Below are positions 11,521 to 26,169 of a DNA stretch of 64,000 bases, piece by piece. Numbering within the stretch: the first letter of the stretch is position 1; every line of letters starts with the position of its first letter. The notes below the pieces were generated by a model. That model searched no databases. It saw only the letters and a list, made by a program, of their open reading frames with translations, and was not told where the DNA came from. The DNA is from Tubiluchus corallicola (taxonomy: Eukaryota; Animalia; Priapulida): positions 312,282-376,281 of the forward strand of contig JAQGDQ010000016.1 in NCBI GenBank assembly GCA_030141605.1. Reading direction: 5' to 3'. A program made the translations under genes and the position numbers.

Positions 11521-14439
11521 GGTAAAGTGAACACGTGGCTTTGTTTAGGCTCGAAACGTCGCTGTGATCATGCTCACAACTGAGTGCATTGCGGTTGGTA
11601 TGCTGCTCAGTGTCGCTGTTTATACTTTATAGAAAAGTGTTAGTATTTAGTAGTCCCCGATGAAGTATTAAATTCTTAAAATGTTGTTCCAAAAAAGTGC
11701 TAAAAATTTTCAATGAACTTTATTATAATTTTGTTACTTATTTTTATTGATAACTGAGGTTGTTTTTCTTCAATAGTTACATTTTTCGTGGTCTTTGTAT
11801 AACAATACTTTGTATAACTATATTAAAATTTAATGTCGGTTTAAATGCAGTTAGTTTGTAATTTTTTGATATCTCACAGGTGCTATGTATTATTTTGTAT
11901 TATGATGAATTGATGATAATGGTAATCTTATAACTTTTATCTTAGGATGGAATGCATTAAATTATGTTATGGCGATTATACGGTTTAGTTTATACGTGTA
12001 ATTAATTGTACAAAGTCGTTTCAGCAAATATCTTAGCAGTTAGTAATGATAAGAATAGTAATATTTGATTGGTTTGTCTGTTTCTAGCTGTAGTTAACAC
12101 TAATAACACCAAAACGCAAATTAGTTAACAAAGAAACAATTTTCTGACTATGCATCTACGAACGTACCAATCTTGACGTGTGTTTTTTGAAACAACTCTG
12201 GCTTAATTAACACTTGTTTCTGCATGAGTTTTAACTTTTTAACCTCTGACATTGGATATTATAATCTATGAAAACTTGCAATTCCAGTTTGTATAAATGT
12301 TATTATTTGACGTTAGGAGCTCTCAACTATAGTACAGACAATTAATATCCAAAATTTATTATAGGGACGAATAAATCGAATGGGCAGTGTTAACCATGTT
12401 TGTTGCAATCTGAAGTTATTTAAATAAATAACTTCTAAATAATATACACAGTTATGTCAGAACAGGATTGTTTTTGTGTTGGTGAACCTATAGATCTAGT
12501 TCACTATGTGTGTAAATTAGACTAACAACCATAATAATTGCATTATCACTTGTTCTGAGATTCCATTTTGTGTTCACTGATAGTCATATAAACTAGTCAC
12601 ACAACTAATGTAAAAATGTATAGAACGCTTATTAATTATATAAATGCACTAACTGTGGACAACCTGCCCGGCTGACCAGCCGAGAACGCGTGTACTACTT
12701 TCCTGTGAAGTTCATCGTCGTACAGTCCATACACGCACCACCAAATTTCAGAAGAGTCGCATCCTAGCGCCATCTACAGGAAAGAACACTAAAACGCTTT
12801 TAAAAATGTTATAACTAATTTCCCAACTGCACGCCATACACTCAAAATAGTTTTAATACATAGGAACCCTGTGAACATACACAAACAGCGCAACAAACTT
12901 CAAACAGTTGTAATTATAATCTTAACTACGAACACTGGAATACTGAAAAATTGAAACACCGGTTGCTATACTGTAGCATTTCAATATAAATTAAAGCAAC
13001 GTATGGGCACTTTGTATATGTTACGCAACTACAATTAAATCTTGTAGGAAATTCAGGCGATATTATTGCTTCACATTACTGCTTGCAAATTGCAACCGAA
13101 CTACATATGCTAGTAATATTACAATAAATTCAAACTTACAAGATCTAACTATATAGTAAACAATTATACACAACTAATTGTACATTGAAATTTCTAACAC
13201 CCACTAACACATCTTAATAAGAAGCAACACTAGAATATAATCATGTGCTAATTAAATTATGATATTGCTAAGTCGTAGCGTTCGTATGCACTTGAACAAA
13301 TTAAATTGGTTATAACTTACTATCGTAATATGGTTATACGCCAAACACCTTTACTGCAAGTCAAATTTTTCACTGCTTGGCATTTGACAAGCGAAGTCTA
13401 ATAGCTAATGCTCTAACAAACAAAAACCATTAGAACAAAGCTTCAGCAGGATATGCAAAGAAGTGCACAAGTTTAGCTATCCAGACATAGTAAATACATA
13501 ACAAATAATTTAATACTCGTTGCAAATAGAACATCGAATAAACAAACGAATCGAACATCAGACATTGAAACCTGAACTCGAACTCGAGACCATGGAAACC
13601 ATCCCCTAAATTCACCACTTATACAAGGCAGAGCTTATTAGCCAGTATTGGACCTATTTACATTTTCCATGTCTGTCTCTTTTAGCTGGTATCAACCGCT
13701 TTATTACCTGTCAATTGCTTGCCCGCTGCATCACCATGAAGAGGCGTTGGATGACGCTTGCCACATACCTCATAAAGGTTCTATCTCTGTATTGCCTGGA
13801 TATGTGACCACCGTCGCTCAGGCTCCGCGGGGGCCGGCAGGTGGACGCAAAGACGCACGTGCGTCTACAGAATTTTTTAAATGACATATATTTTTATAGT
13901 TAAATAAAAATTCTTAGCAGTAAATCAAGAAACACATCAACCTTAGCTTGTATGCGCAATAATGGGTTTTAAACTAGTGAACTTGCCTGAGGAAATGGCT
14001 TCTAGCAACCGCAAAATGATCTAAAACGCAGTAACACGCTTGTGTGGCCGAGACGTTCGGCCGTTTAGTATGTCCGGTGGAAAAAATTAGCACGCAAACA
14101 AACTTATTAAATTTTGTATGAACAGTGGGTGGGCTGTAACAAACAGTCTTAATAATCTTAAACAGTCGTAAACTTAATACTTAATCAGTTTTGTGTTTGA
14201 CTATCCACATTTTGCTGGGTAGATAATCTTAACACTAAATAAATTAAGCTTCCGCATTGGGTCATCCACATTGCAGTGTATTACGAACTTGCTTTTAAGA
14301 TATATGACTACTACGATAGAATACAATGAATATTACCTTAGTAAATGTAGGTAAAATGTATTTATTAAAGCAGAATTTTTTACGTTTGAAGAAGTCTATG
14401 TACCTGAATTTAGATTTCGTTTGAGACCTCCAAAATGTG

Positions 14440-14700
14440 CTCGAATACAGGAAAAAGTGTTTGTGCCCCCAGACCCCTAGCTGCTTGTGCGTCACATTTT
14501 TAAACTCTTGCGGCGTTAAACCCATGTAGACCACGCTTTAAACAAGTGAAGCAAAATTCATTCTGTTGACAAACTCCTTTCGTTTCTCAAAGTGCTCTGG
14601 TTTTGAACTTATCGCATTCACTTAAATTACATTCTCCATTAGAAGATAAGCACCTGAATTTCTCAAAAGATTTTGACTACAACTGATCTTCCACCAAGTT
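14440..14700 (-). mobile_element. Degraded BEL/Pao LTR-retrotransposon gag zinc-knuckle remnant
   Basis: With frameshifts, the minus strand reads NLSECDKFKTRAL / EKRKEFVNRMN / CFTCLKRG.H ... KCD ... H.TLF. This matches the BEL gag pattern H.L..C..F......R..FV....LCF.CL..GH....C....C....H.TLLH. Confidence 0.6.
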
Positions 14701-17700
14701 AAAAGTAGCGAAGACAGATGCTCCAGCTGACCTTCTTGGAGTATTCTTATTTATTATTCTCAAGGCTTCTAATATCGGCTCGCATGACAGATCAGACTCT
14801 GTTTCTAACACATAATAACGTTTTTTAAATTTTTTTGATAAATTTGATATCTGGCTCTAATTTAGTACTTCTAGCAAGAAAAATTAAATTAATAACTAGG
14901 CTTATAAATAAAAATTTTTCTAACTACAACGTACAATTATATTGCAAAAATGTTAAAAAATTCACATAAACTTGTATTCAAGTTATTTAATATTTATTTA
15001 CTGTCAAGATTTTAATCATTAGAGCAGCGAGAATGCATTACTTAACTGTATATACAACTGGGCTACCAAAAAACTAAACAAATGTTCTCTTATTATCCAA
15101 CTAATTTCGTATTACACAAGAAAAATTCACTTTATGAGAGAACAATGACCAGCCAAAATTAGTCACAAAAGGTTCATACTGCAACACAACATGTCTGTAC
15201 AATGCATGTTAGCTGTTCTGTTTCATATTAAGTGCCGCTGACCCACTGTATTGACTAACTGAAAAACGTGAAATGCCTATAATATTGCTAATAAATTACA
15301 GTCCTACTTAAGTTAGTTTTTTAATTACTTGCAAGTCGATGTATAATTTGTGACGGCTAGAGCCGCTGACTCTCTGTCTACATTTTTTGCTTTTTTGTGT
15401 AAACAAGAATAAATTATAATTTTTTATTAACATGCCTGTACAATCACCGCGGCAGTCAGCGGAACCTCCAAAGTTTACTCAACGACATCTATGGCATACT
15501 ACCTTTTTTCAGCTGTTGCTTTTTGCTAAGCTTTGAGATTCTTCAGGTACCAAGTGGCTGTCAGCAGAAGTTAGAAAGCTTCGAAAAGAACACGTACAGT
15601 AGCATTATCACATTCGGCCATTTTTTTTTTGTTAAGCTTACATCTATGTACACTGTCATTTCTATTGTCTACAAGCTACACTACATATAAATTATTAACA
15701 GAGCCTATTTTAAATATAGTCCGTTCTATTAGCCGAAAAAAGGGGACTGATTGGATACAGCTAACAAACACTAAAAAGTCATGAAAAGGTCCTGCACTTC
15801 AAAGGCTTATAACACCAAAACGTTCACAGGTAGACATTCGGCTACTATTAGGGACAAATAAGAGCTTATACGTGGACTTTCAGTTGGTGTTACGATTGGT
15901 GACTTTGGAATACACGAAGTGGCAAAAGTACGTCATCAATACCTCTCAATCTACTTCACAAATTCAATAGAATGGTTCTTTATCCGAAAAAAGAAAGCTG
16001 ACTGGATACAGCTACCAAACTTTCAGGAATGGTTTTAAGCCTTTTTAACAGCATTTTGGACATTTTTATGTATCTAAGCATCTTAATTTAAATACAGTCA
16101 GCTGTTTTGGGGGGAATTTTCATTGCCAGATGGCAGAACCGTGCAAGCTGATGGATTTGATACGAGCGCATAATGTGATTGTTTTACTATACCGTATCTA
16201 AACCGCTTTATAGCTGTTTACTCCAGATTTTTCGACCCATTTCAAGAATAGGGTCCAAGTGGTCAGTCCTGTCACGCGACGTCATCATCATGGGTCCAAA
16301 AGCTATCTAGAACGATTCTTGTTTAAATAATTTTTTTGGTCTCTTCTACTGACACAATCGGCTACTTTCCTATTTTCAAGTTATAAAGTTGGTTCTGTTT
16401 GCACTTGACTGATTGCAGACTATCTGAGGACACTTCGGTTACGAGAAGTGTAAAATGGGCTTTGAAATCATGTCAGATACATCCATGACATTGTCAGGTA
16501 AATGTGTAAAATGGGGCTTTAAAATCATGTCCGGTATAGTTTAAATATACAAATTTGGTTCATCTATAGATTTCCAAGACATGGGATAGGGAAAACTTAT
16601 TTACTTAGGAATTAGGTTTAATAACGAAAAAGTAATGAGCATTTTTACGATTTAACGCCCATCTTGAAAATTAGGCCTTTCAGTGGTTGGACTAGTTTTC
16701 AGTTTTTTTATATATGCAGCCGCCTACACAAAATACACATTTGCCTATTTATATATGTATATTTATGTGAAGTAACTACAAGATCGTGAAATCCAAGATG
16801 GCAGGCCAATATAGTCATATAATTATGAAAATGATAGTTATTCTGTCAGCATTCGTCATAGACAAAGAATATTGGAATTCGGGAACATTGGACAATATAA
16901 TGCATATTTGGGGAACTGAGGATAAGAGTTTACTTATTTAAATTATACGGAAGTGATTTCATAATTGTAAAATCCGAGATGGCCGATCAGCAAAAAAATG
17001 ACCGTTAACTCTATTATTAATGCAAGTAACGTTTTGCATTTCTGTGACGCCGCTATTTATTAACGTTTATGAAAATTACAGTCTACCCTCCTTTCGGGTT
17101 CTCAATTTTACGTCCTTATTAAAATTCAGTAACGCAAGTAAGCAGCCAGCAGAACCTATTTAACGTACTCGCCTGCAAACCTGCTTTCGCCGTGACAGAG
17201 TCGCCGTGACATAATCATCCATGGTCCCATCTATGTGTGATTGTCAGACTTACATACGTAGATAATATAAATATGTCCACATTAAATTAAAATAAATGCT
17301 TGTTTGACTGTGGTGAATTTTATTTTGTGTTTATGGTTAGCTGAAACCTGCTCAAATAAAATTGATAAGTATGATGACATTCATGTTCCTGTATTGAACA
17401 CGTTTGTGCATTTAATAAAGCATGTTTTTTTGACTTTTTGGCTCAGTGGATCTATGTTTACATGAGATGCGTCTATGCATATCTATACATTCATGGATTT
17501 AGACGTATACGGTTGCAATACCACCACCACCACCACTGTCATCATTGTTGCCGTCGTTGTCATCGTAGCGGCCGCCATCATCACCATTTTTCCCTTCAGC
17601 ATATACGTAGAAACCTGTCCATACTTTTGACGTTTATTATTCTCACACATTTTCTATTCTCCTTCCATACTTTTCCCATGCCCATCTTTTAAGGTGCTAT

Positions 17701-18332
17701 TTTTTGGGGAATGTTTTTAGCTGCCATCGTTTCATAAAATGTGTTTATCAAAGTTCATGTGGTAAGTGAAAAAAAATCTCTATTTTTTTGCAAAATTGGG
17801 TGCATGTTTATTAAATCCAATTATTGGCCGAAACTCCAAGCCCGGCAAAGCTTTTACTAGCTGTTGTTGAAAAAGCTGGTAATTTAACAATCTGAACAAA
17901 AAAAGTTTACAATTTTCCCATCAAAAAATGAATAATGAGGTAATAATTGTCGACTGTAATGATTATTATCATGGAGCTTTCTCAAATTTAGCGTTTTTAC
18001 GGCATAGCTCAGGCAGAAATAAACCATTAGTCTATAATCAAAGATCTCGGCGGAGCTAGTGAAAAGTGCACATTGATTTTTGACTGCACATCAAAATCTG
18101 GCATTACGGTGACACAAGAACAGAAAAATGCTATATTTCACTAATATGGCATATTTTTATGTCGACGCGCTTACGCTGTCTAGTGCTCTCTGGCTGTGCA
18201 GCAAACATTTTGATATTAACTTGATCAACAGAACAATGTGAAGTACTTCCCAAAACATGAACTTCTTAAAAAATGTACTCAGTCACTGCGTGTGAATGTA
18301 TGTATGCGAGTGTGTACGTGCGTGTGTCATGT

Positions 18333-18437
18333 TGAGTGAATAGCTGAAATGAGAGAATATGTGCCGTGAAAGCATGGTTGACTCACAATTTTTCAGCACC
18401 TCCTTCTTCAGTTAATTAGCTATTGACTAATTGTTGT
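18333..18437 (+). mobile_element. tRNA-like SINE-type repeat, family A (copy lacking the T-arm)
   Basis: tgagtga-atagctgaaatgagagaa (A-box/D-arm-like), tgtgc-cgtgaaa-gca, then ggttgactcacaatttttcagcacctccttc..taattagc..ctaattgttg. Homologous to 47149-47262. Confidence 0.6.
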
Positions 18438-19431
18438 CAGTGTGATGTTTTTCTTAGTGTCGGTGCCTGTGCTTACCCAAACTGTGTTATTACTTTTAAG
18501 ACTCTTCAGCCAAGTTTGTGACACGTGCAAGTTTGTGATAAGCCTAAAACAGTGTGCCAACTTCTGTTTTTTCTCGCAGATTACGGGTTGCTAAACTAAG
18601 TAGGTTTACAACACTCCGGTTTCTGGTTTCTGTTTCTGTCTTCGCGTCTGACTTTATGGGCCATCAATACTGGCGACAACTAACGTGGGTAATGTACCAC
18701 CATACACTTTCAGCAGAAGAGGCGTCAGTAGAAGGTATGGCTTCAAACGTTTTGTGAAGCCACTTCTTTATATCTCCCGCGGAGATGGTTTCTTCTCCTG
18801 TAACGCGGATAACACTTCTTTCTGTTATCTGTGAAATCGTCTCCCTTTATTTATGAGGAGTAAATATAATCCTTGTCGTTTCCTGACAGATACAAGCTCA
18901 ACGATTTAACTGTAATTTTAGCCGACGTTTGCAGCAATCCTTCAAATGGTCGGGGAGAGAGAGGAAAAGAGAGAGAGAACAAGAAAGAGGAAGAAAGATA
19001 GGGAGAGCGAAAGACGGCGAGGGGAAAGCGAGAGAAAGAGAGAGGAGAGAGAGAGGGGGTTGGCAGAAAATCACACAAAATAACTAATTTAGCACCACTA
19101 ATTTTAGCACTAACATCTACAACATCTATTAAGTTTAGCCAGACCAGTTTTAGCTACTTACTGCTACATTTGACAAAATTTCTTATCTTTTTCTTATCAT
19201 GCATGCAGTAATTTCAAGAACTGCAGTAAATGGTTTTCTCTCTATACAGGTAGCATTAATTAAGAATAAATCGAGAAGAGGTGTTAGATGGTACTGAACA
19301 GCTTTTCTTAGACCAGTATGCTATGTTTATAATTAACATCGCAACAGCCGAGCTTTTTTAAAATTCAACTTAGGCTTAACTGATAAGACGCAAGGATATA
19401 AAAATGATAAAATTTGTACCTAAATGGGAAA

Positions 19432-19844
<413 letters not shown>

Positions 19845-20055
19845 AATGGGAAACAATTCAGATTGAGTACTAGGCACGTGGCTCAAAGTCGTGGAGATCT
19901 CAGTCTGTCCTCTTTTAAAGTCCAGTTGTGTTTCGATACAATAAACTAGCCTAACTGAGGAGCTCACCTGCAAAGGGTCATATTTATAAATTTTGAAGAA
20001 ATTTAAAGTTCATACCACCCATGCTAATTATGCTTTTTTGAATTTGAACATAATA

Positions 20056-20639
20056 CTGAGGAGTTGCAGTGTGTCTTATTTTATGACAAAAGGCTAGAAA
20101 AATGGAATGCATTGCAAAGCGTCATATCTTAGAAACATGGGAAAATTTCATATCTTCAACCAAATGATACTGACTGTCCAGCCAAGGTCACATGATTAGA
20201 CAATGTGTTCACATGATTCGTCAGCGAATATGTTGAATTATCTTTTGAAAGTTTGTTCTACAGTTCAACGAAGCTAATTTAAGCTTAATAAAAGAGTTTG
20301 TTATATTATTTTACTACCAATTTCACAATTAGTGCACACTATTGACAGGGCAGGTAATTTCACTGAATAAAATAAAATGACGTGCGTTGCGAACTGTAAT
20401 TTGTCACATTTTCGACGATGATGTGCAAAATGTCATATCTTCAAATAATTTTTAACTCTTTCTGCATTAAGGCTCATCAAACATATCTAAAAATAAACTA
20501 ACAAAGTCCAAGTGACCTCCAAAAACTACAAAATACACACGAACTATCTAGTATCAGTATTTTTGTAATAACAGAACCGCTAAAATTTCTCAAAAACATT
20601 TTTCACTTAGGTGTGACACTTTGCCGATAAACTCCTCAG
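20056..20639. mobile_element. Tc1/mariner-type MITE (584 bp), TA target duplication
   Basis: Left end ta|ctgaggagttgcagtgtgtc; right end gacactttgccgataaactcctcag|ta (revcomp ctgaggagtttatcggcaaagtgtc). 10-bp perfect terminal match plus an imperfect extension. Confidence 0.7.
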
Positions 20640-23004
20640 TAACGCGAGGAATGCATTATTATTTCATTAACTGTTACCTCCAAGAAATAGTTTGTTATTA
20701 TATTTTACATTTTGTATCTAAAGACAAGTTAACAGTTAGCAGGGAGACTGTACAAACTATGGAGGACTGATTAAGCGTATGCACGTAGTAGTGGAGAGTC
20801 CGTCTGCCTATCTCACTGATGCCGTATAATCGTGTAGAAAGAAAAAAAACATGGCTTGCGTTTTGTGATTTCTCGTTCTGATTTCGTTTATTAAAATTAA
20901 TCGACAAACAAAGTGACGGCATAATTTTCACAGTTATAGTAAAAAATTCTTAATGTGAGCACTAAACGCAACTTGCTTCTTGTTCTCAACGTTATTTAAT
21001 CATCGCCTAACAAGAAAGTAATACCAGGGTTCATTCGGTTCGAAACATTTCAAATTACTAATTATTAAGAAACCGACATTTTTCAGAAAATAAGCAAGAA
21101 AATTAAATTACAGAATCTTTTAAAATAAAAAAATGAAGCTAATTTAACTTCTGCTTAAGAACATTTCAAGGCGCCGTAAAATTTCCAACGCTTTACATTA
21201 TTTAAAGGGTTTGGTAGAAATATTTTAGTTAGGCACCACATCAGTAATTATAATCAACTGCGGAGGTGACATAACACATATTGCTGCTGTCACCGAACTG
21301 AAAAGATCCTGAGAAGCTGGTAGAATAAGTTGGTAGGGACTAACCTTTTAATTACAGCGTTGTTGTTTATCTGATGCCGGTTTAATGCAATTTTACATAA
21401 AATGTATTAACTATATCTGCATTAAAAATGTGCTATTTTGGACTTAGTTAAAAGTATGATTAAATCAGTTTGAAACAGTTGTTAAATCATTAAACAGCTG
21501 TGAAAAGTTTTTGACCTACAGTAAAGCAACGCTTAATTTGATTTGCGTAATAACAATATTCAGCAATCAGTCCTCGCCTAGGTGTGCCCCTGTAGAGAAT
21601 CTTAGGTCGCTCAAATTTCTGACGCATTATTTCAATTAAATATTTACACTTTAGATTAAGAGGCTTCGTTAAATATATCTAAAAATTTGCTCAAAGTGGC
21701 AGAGTCTACCACGCGTACGTAAATGGGCTGAGCTGTGAACGTGACAACAGTGGTCATATAGGCCTATGTGCACAGAAACTGTGGTAAAAATTTATTTTTT
21801 GAGCTTTTTCATGGGGTTTTCCTAACATTTTCTGTGAAATTTTGTCCCCAAAGAAACATGGTAAAGTGCAAAAAACAAAAGGTCTTTATGCGTTCCTTTA
21901 TTTCTCGAGCTGTTTATCAGTTTTTTTACTTATGTAATTATTTAATGCTTACTACAATGCTATCCAGCGGCCTCCTCGACGTGCAACTTGTCACTACTAT
22001 TTCGAATTTACTTTTCCTCATATCAAAATAATGGCTGCAATTAATGCAGGGAGTATTTTGCCGGTTCTTAATGCTTAGCTCTCACAAGCAAACTTTCATA
22101 ACTTTTGCACCATAAAATGGTTGTCCTGCATGATTTTGCGTGTTTGCTAAAAGGTAGAAAATAATATGCTTTTAACAGCAGTGCTTTACCAACTTCTGAG
22201 TAAAATGCACTGAATTTGTCGTACGTTTGGGAAATGAAATCAATATCTGATTGCCTTTTTCACGCCATAAAGTTATGAGCTAAGGTAAACGTATTTACTA
22301 GGGAAGATCTACGACGTTTGCTAGGGGTGCTATGAAAGACTAATAATGTACCTAGAGAGATTTGCTGCAGCAATACTAGCATAGAACTGCGAAGCTTGTG
22401 CCAATATCTCCGCCGAGCCCGTGTGCTAAACATTTTGTAAACGCTGGCTGCTAGACTAGCATTCAACGAAAATTGATTTGTAAGCTAAATGCATAATACA
22501 TTTATCATTAAATCATGAACGTTTATTTAGCAAAGTATTATTATTTTGTGAAAATCGCTAGAATTTTTAAATCATTGTAACGTCTGTGAATTTTTTTATC
22601 TCGGAACTTTAAAAGTTTCTCTTTTGCGCATGTGCGCTCCTGCCGAAGCCAAAACTTAGGAGTCTATCGTCAGGCAGTGACACAAAATAGCTGCAAGTCG
22701 CAGTTCACCCGGCAAGTAAGAACTCGGGTATCAGATCCTACATGAACCGGGACTGAGGCAAAGCAGAATCCTCTTTGAACGCACCGTCAGAACTACAAGA
22801 TTTGTTCGGTAGTCGACACCCACTGGACTAGGGAATATTCACCATTTTAACTGACCGATTACAAAGTGTTCAAAATTTAACGGTTTCGCACCTCATCGAC
22901 ATCTTTTGATATCTTTACCAGCGAATTTGGAATGTATTTTGGCAACTTGCCAAATTCAGTTTAAGGTTGCAATTTAATTGGCGTTCTCTGACATAAAAGA
23001 CAAC

Positions 23005-23363
23005 ATGGAGTCGAATATGTCCAATATAACTGTACTACCAGAGAAAGTGACAACAGTTGGGGACATTGTTGGACTCTCAATTTTATTTTTCGTCATAGGT
23101 GCAGTGGGCGCAATTGGAAACTTTTTGGTTATTTTCGTCATCGTCACGGACAGGAAGATGCGCTCCTCCGTCACAAATTTATTCATTATGAATCTGGCTG
23201 TATCGGATTTTATTATAATGTTGGTCTGCGTGCCAGATTTCATACAGTTCATGATGGACAAGGGTTGGCAGATTGGACTTCCTTTGTGCAAGGCGTTTCG
23301 TTACATACAATGTGCGTCTCTCTACGCCTCCGTGATGACATTGGTTTCTGTTTGCGTAGAAAG
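23005..23363 (+). CDS. First coding exon (N-terminus, TM1-TM3) of a rhodopsin-like (class A) neuropeptide-type GPCR
   Basis: MESNMSNIT (two N-glycosylation sequons), TM1 GAIGNFLVIFVI, ICL1 KMRSSVTNLFIMNLAVSD (TM2 LAxxD), CVP, ECL1 WQIG..LC (C3.25), TM3 SLYASVMTLVSVCVER. The ORF ends at a consensus donor AG|GTAAGC, phase 2 within the Arg of the E/DRY motif. Confidence 0.95.
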
Positions 23364-25807
23364 GTAAGCCGTAAACAAGGTTAAACGATGGTATAAACAT
23401 TAGTTTATTCGTGAATAATTTCAAAGAGTATTATATTTGCTTCACGTGAGTTAAATGCAATATGAGTTTTAGCTCACTTGCAAAATAGCATGAAATTGTT
23501 CTAATTTTCTCCAAATTATTCCTGTCTGCTGTTTTAGATGTATCCTGGTGAATTTGCTCTCTATTTGTTGCCGGCTTCTCTTAAATCGTCTAATAGTGTC
23601 TATAATGTGTTGTGATTGCATTTCGTATAGGTGTTAGTTACATGTTTAGGCAATTTAGAATGCGTATTTATGTTACTAACGTTGAAAACGGTTTTTGGTT
23701 CGGGCTTGCTAGAGTATTTGCTGTCTAATTTATGGGAGCTTTCTTGTAAGCAGTTTAGTGTGAATTACCCTGGAAGTATCCCCAAGAAATTTAGAAGAAA
23801 TATACAAGACGGTAGGTAATTTTTTGAAATGTTTACAACAAAAATCGTTACATTTGTTATAAACGATTATTATTTCAATATCAACGTGAAACCAAGCGTA
23901 AAAGCTAAAGTATCTAAACAGCTAAAACATGTTGCTTTTGGGGAAAACCTTTCTGGAATCTCAAGGCTGCTATTTAGGCTGCTATAGGTCTAAATATTGG
24001 TCATATGACCAGTATCACTGATATCGATATAAAAACCATTAGAAATCACAATATGCACATACAGTGTTCAGTAAACTTATAAACCAATTCTTATAAGTTA
24101 AACATTTGGTCAGACAGCGTGGAATGGTTAGTGACAACATTAGTGACAACCCCCAGGAATTGCAACGGCTTAGTGTCATACTGTAACAGATTTGCGCGCT
24201 TTGCCCAATTGCATGTGCATCATGTTATGGTGATGCCTGACCACGTAACATGGGCGGTCACGTATATGCAACCCAACATAAAGTTCCAAAGCCGCTGATT
24301 AAGATTCTTCGATAGTGTAACCATGAATAGTCTCCACGTTCTGATATTGTACATTCGCCTAAACACAACCTTTTTAGCCATTTCTGAACGCTTTTGAAAA
24401 AAATATGTAACACAAGTTTTTGTACCGGTTTCCTGTTTTTCAAAAAGCGGCACTATTATCCATCACCTGAGCTGCTCCATGGCAGCCATTAACTGGCCCT
24501 ACACACAGCAATACATGTATATCGAACTACATTTTAAGAGATATTAAAATGGTTCTTTTCAAATTTGATTTACTGATCGCAGTAAACCATATAACAGCCC
24601 AGTAAAAGTGTGCGGACGTATGAATAGTAAGAGTTAAGAGTTCGACTTTGCTTTATTAGTAACTTTTGAGATTTCTTAATTTAAAAAATTCTGTTCTGCA
24701 GTTATACGTATTTCTGAGGAGTGCAACTTTTGGATTCTTTCTAGCCAACTGTGTAAAGGCGTCTTATAAAAGACTACTATTAACAAAAATTAATGTTGCT
24801 CACGCCAAAACATGAATCCGGACGTAGAATATCGATTATACTTTAGCTTACAATGTACTTATCGTAAGCGTTGGTATGTTTTCTCATCCTTAAACTCTTT
24901 TAAATCGAATTATTCTCTCTAAACCAAATAAATCTAAACAATTATAGTAACGCCAACATACATTTCTGTTCTTGCATCTAGTTTCTCAATACAATGACAA
25001 ATTTATAAATGTTCACCCAGAGATGACTGTGTGATGGATGGCTGCCATGGATTAATTCTACACAAACGGCCACAAAAACAGCAAAATTCTGATTGAAATT
25101 CATCGTAATAACCCGGAAAAGCATTTGTCCAATTAAACCAGAACAAACTTGTAGACGTTTTATCATGCTATTATGCCCGGGAAGCCAAATTTTCCGGTCG
25201 TTATTTATTAAAGACGGTTATAATGCGCCATTTACCAATTACAGGATGTCGCAATATAGCCTGCATTCATTAAGCCTTACATCTTGGCTTAATGATTGAT
25301 AGTGTAATGAAAACTTTGCAAACATCAGCAGAGCTTGGTTATTGTGTCCTTTCTAATGACATGACTTATGTATGGTCTTGAGAGGTCATAGTTATTTTTA
25401 GAGACAAGCTGTAGGTACAAGTAGAGAGAAACGGACATAAAAGCGGCATTTTTTATTCATCCATCATCTTCAACGATATTTTTACTCATACGTTAAAATT
25501 CATAAACTTAACAAATAAATTTTAAACAGCATCCTAATACTTATTGACAGGAAAATGAAATAACGAAATTCGGTCATTCTGGTTTCTTTGCTTTTTTCTT
25601 TAGCGTTCATTTAGTGGCCCATTAGACCTCGATCTAATAATTTTTTGGCTCTTGTTACAACCTCATAATTTTTTCTGCTGATTGATTCTACGACACTTAA
25701 CATCAATTGATAACTGAAGGTGTTGTTACCCTTGTATTTTGATTTTGTTTTACGGTTTTGGTTACGTATGCGGCTTAATATGTTTTATAAACAGCTTATA
25801 GTTTGAG

Positions 25808-25962
25808 TGAAAGAGATGGAGCGAGAGCGAAAGAAAGAAAGAAAGAAAGAAAGGGCGAGAGAGAGAGAAAGGGAGAAGGAGAGAAAGTATGAGAGAGAAA
25901 GAAAGACCGAGAGAGAGAGAGAAAGGGAGAAGGAGAGAAAGTGTGAGAGAGAAAGAGTAAAC

Positions 25963-26003
<41 letters not shown>

Positions 26004-26040
26004 GGAGAAAGAGAGAAAGTGAGAGAGAGAAAGAATAAAT

Positions 26041-26113
<73 letters not shown>

Positions 26114-26169
26114 GGAGAAAGAGAGAAAGTGAGAGAGAGAAAGAATAAATGAGAGAGAGAAAGAGAGAG
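25808..26169 (+). repeat. (GA)n / purine microsatellite with higher-order duplication
   Basis: Directly visible. The block acgggagaaagagagaaagtgagagagagaaagaataaatgagag occurs twice. Confidence 0.95.

Noticed and set aside
13985-14062. Penelope-type hammerhead-like ctgagga...ccgagacgttc
   Set aside because: The GAAA core is GAGA, stem I does not pair and stem II is poorly defined.
14295-14534. ORF beginning VYMGLT resembling a GIY-YIG nuclease
   Set aside because: Downstream GIY-YIG residues are missing, and the adjacent frames fit BEL gag better.
16420-16480. Hammerhead-like ctgagga-cacttc..gaagtg-taaa
   Set aside because: The catalytic G12 is absent and stems I and III do not form; better explained as local inverted and direct repeats.
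18480-18830. Minus-strand coding-like stretch with QTCTCHKLG (L1/Tx1 ORF1 knuckle-like)
   Set aside because: The motif is incomplete and interrupted; too weak to call.
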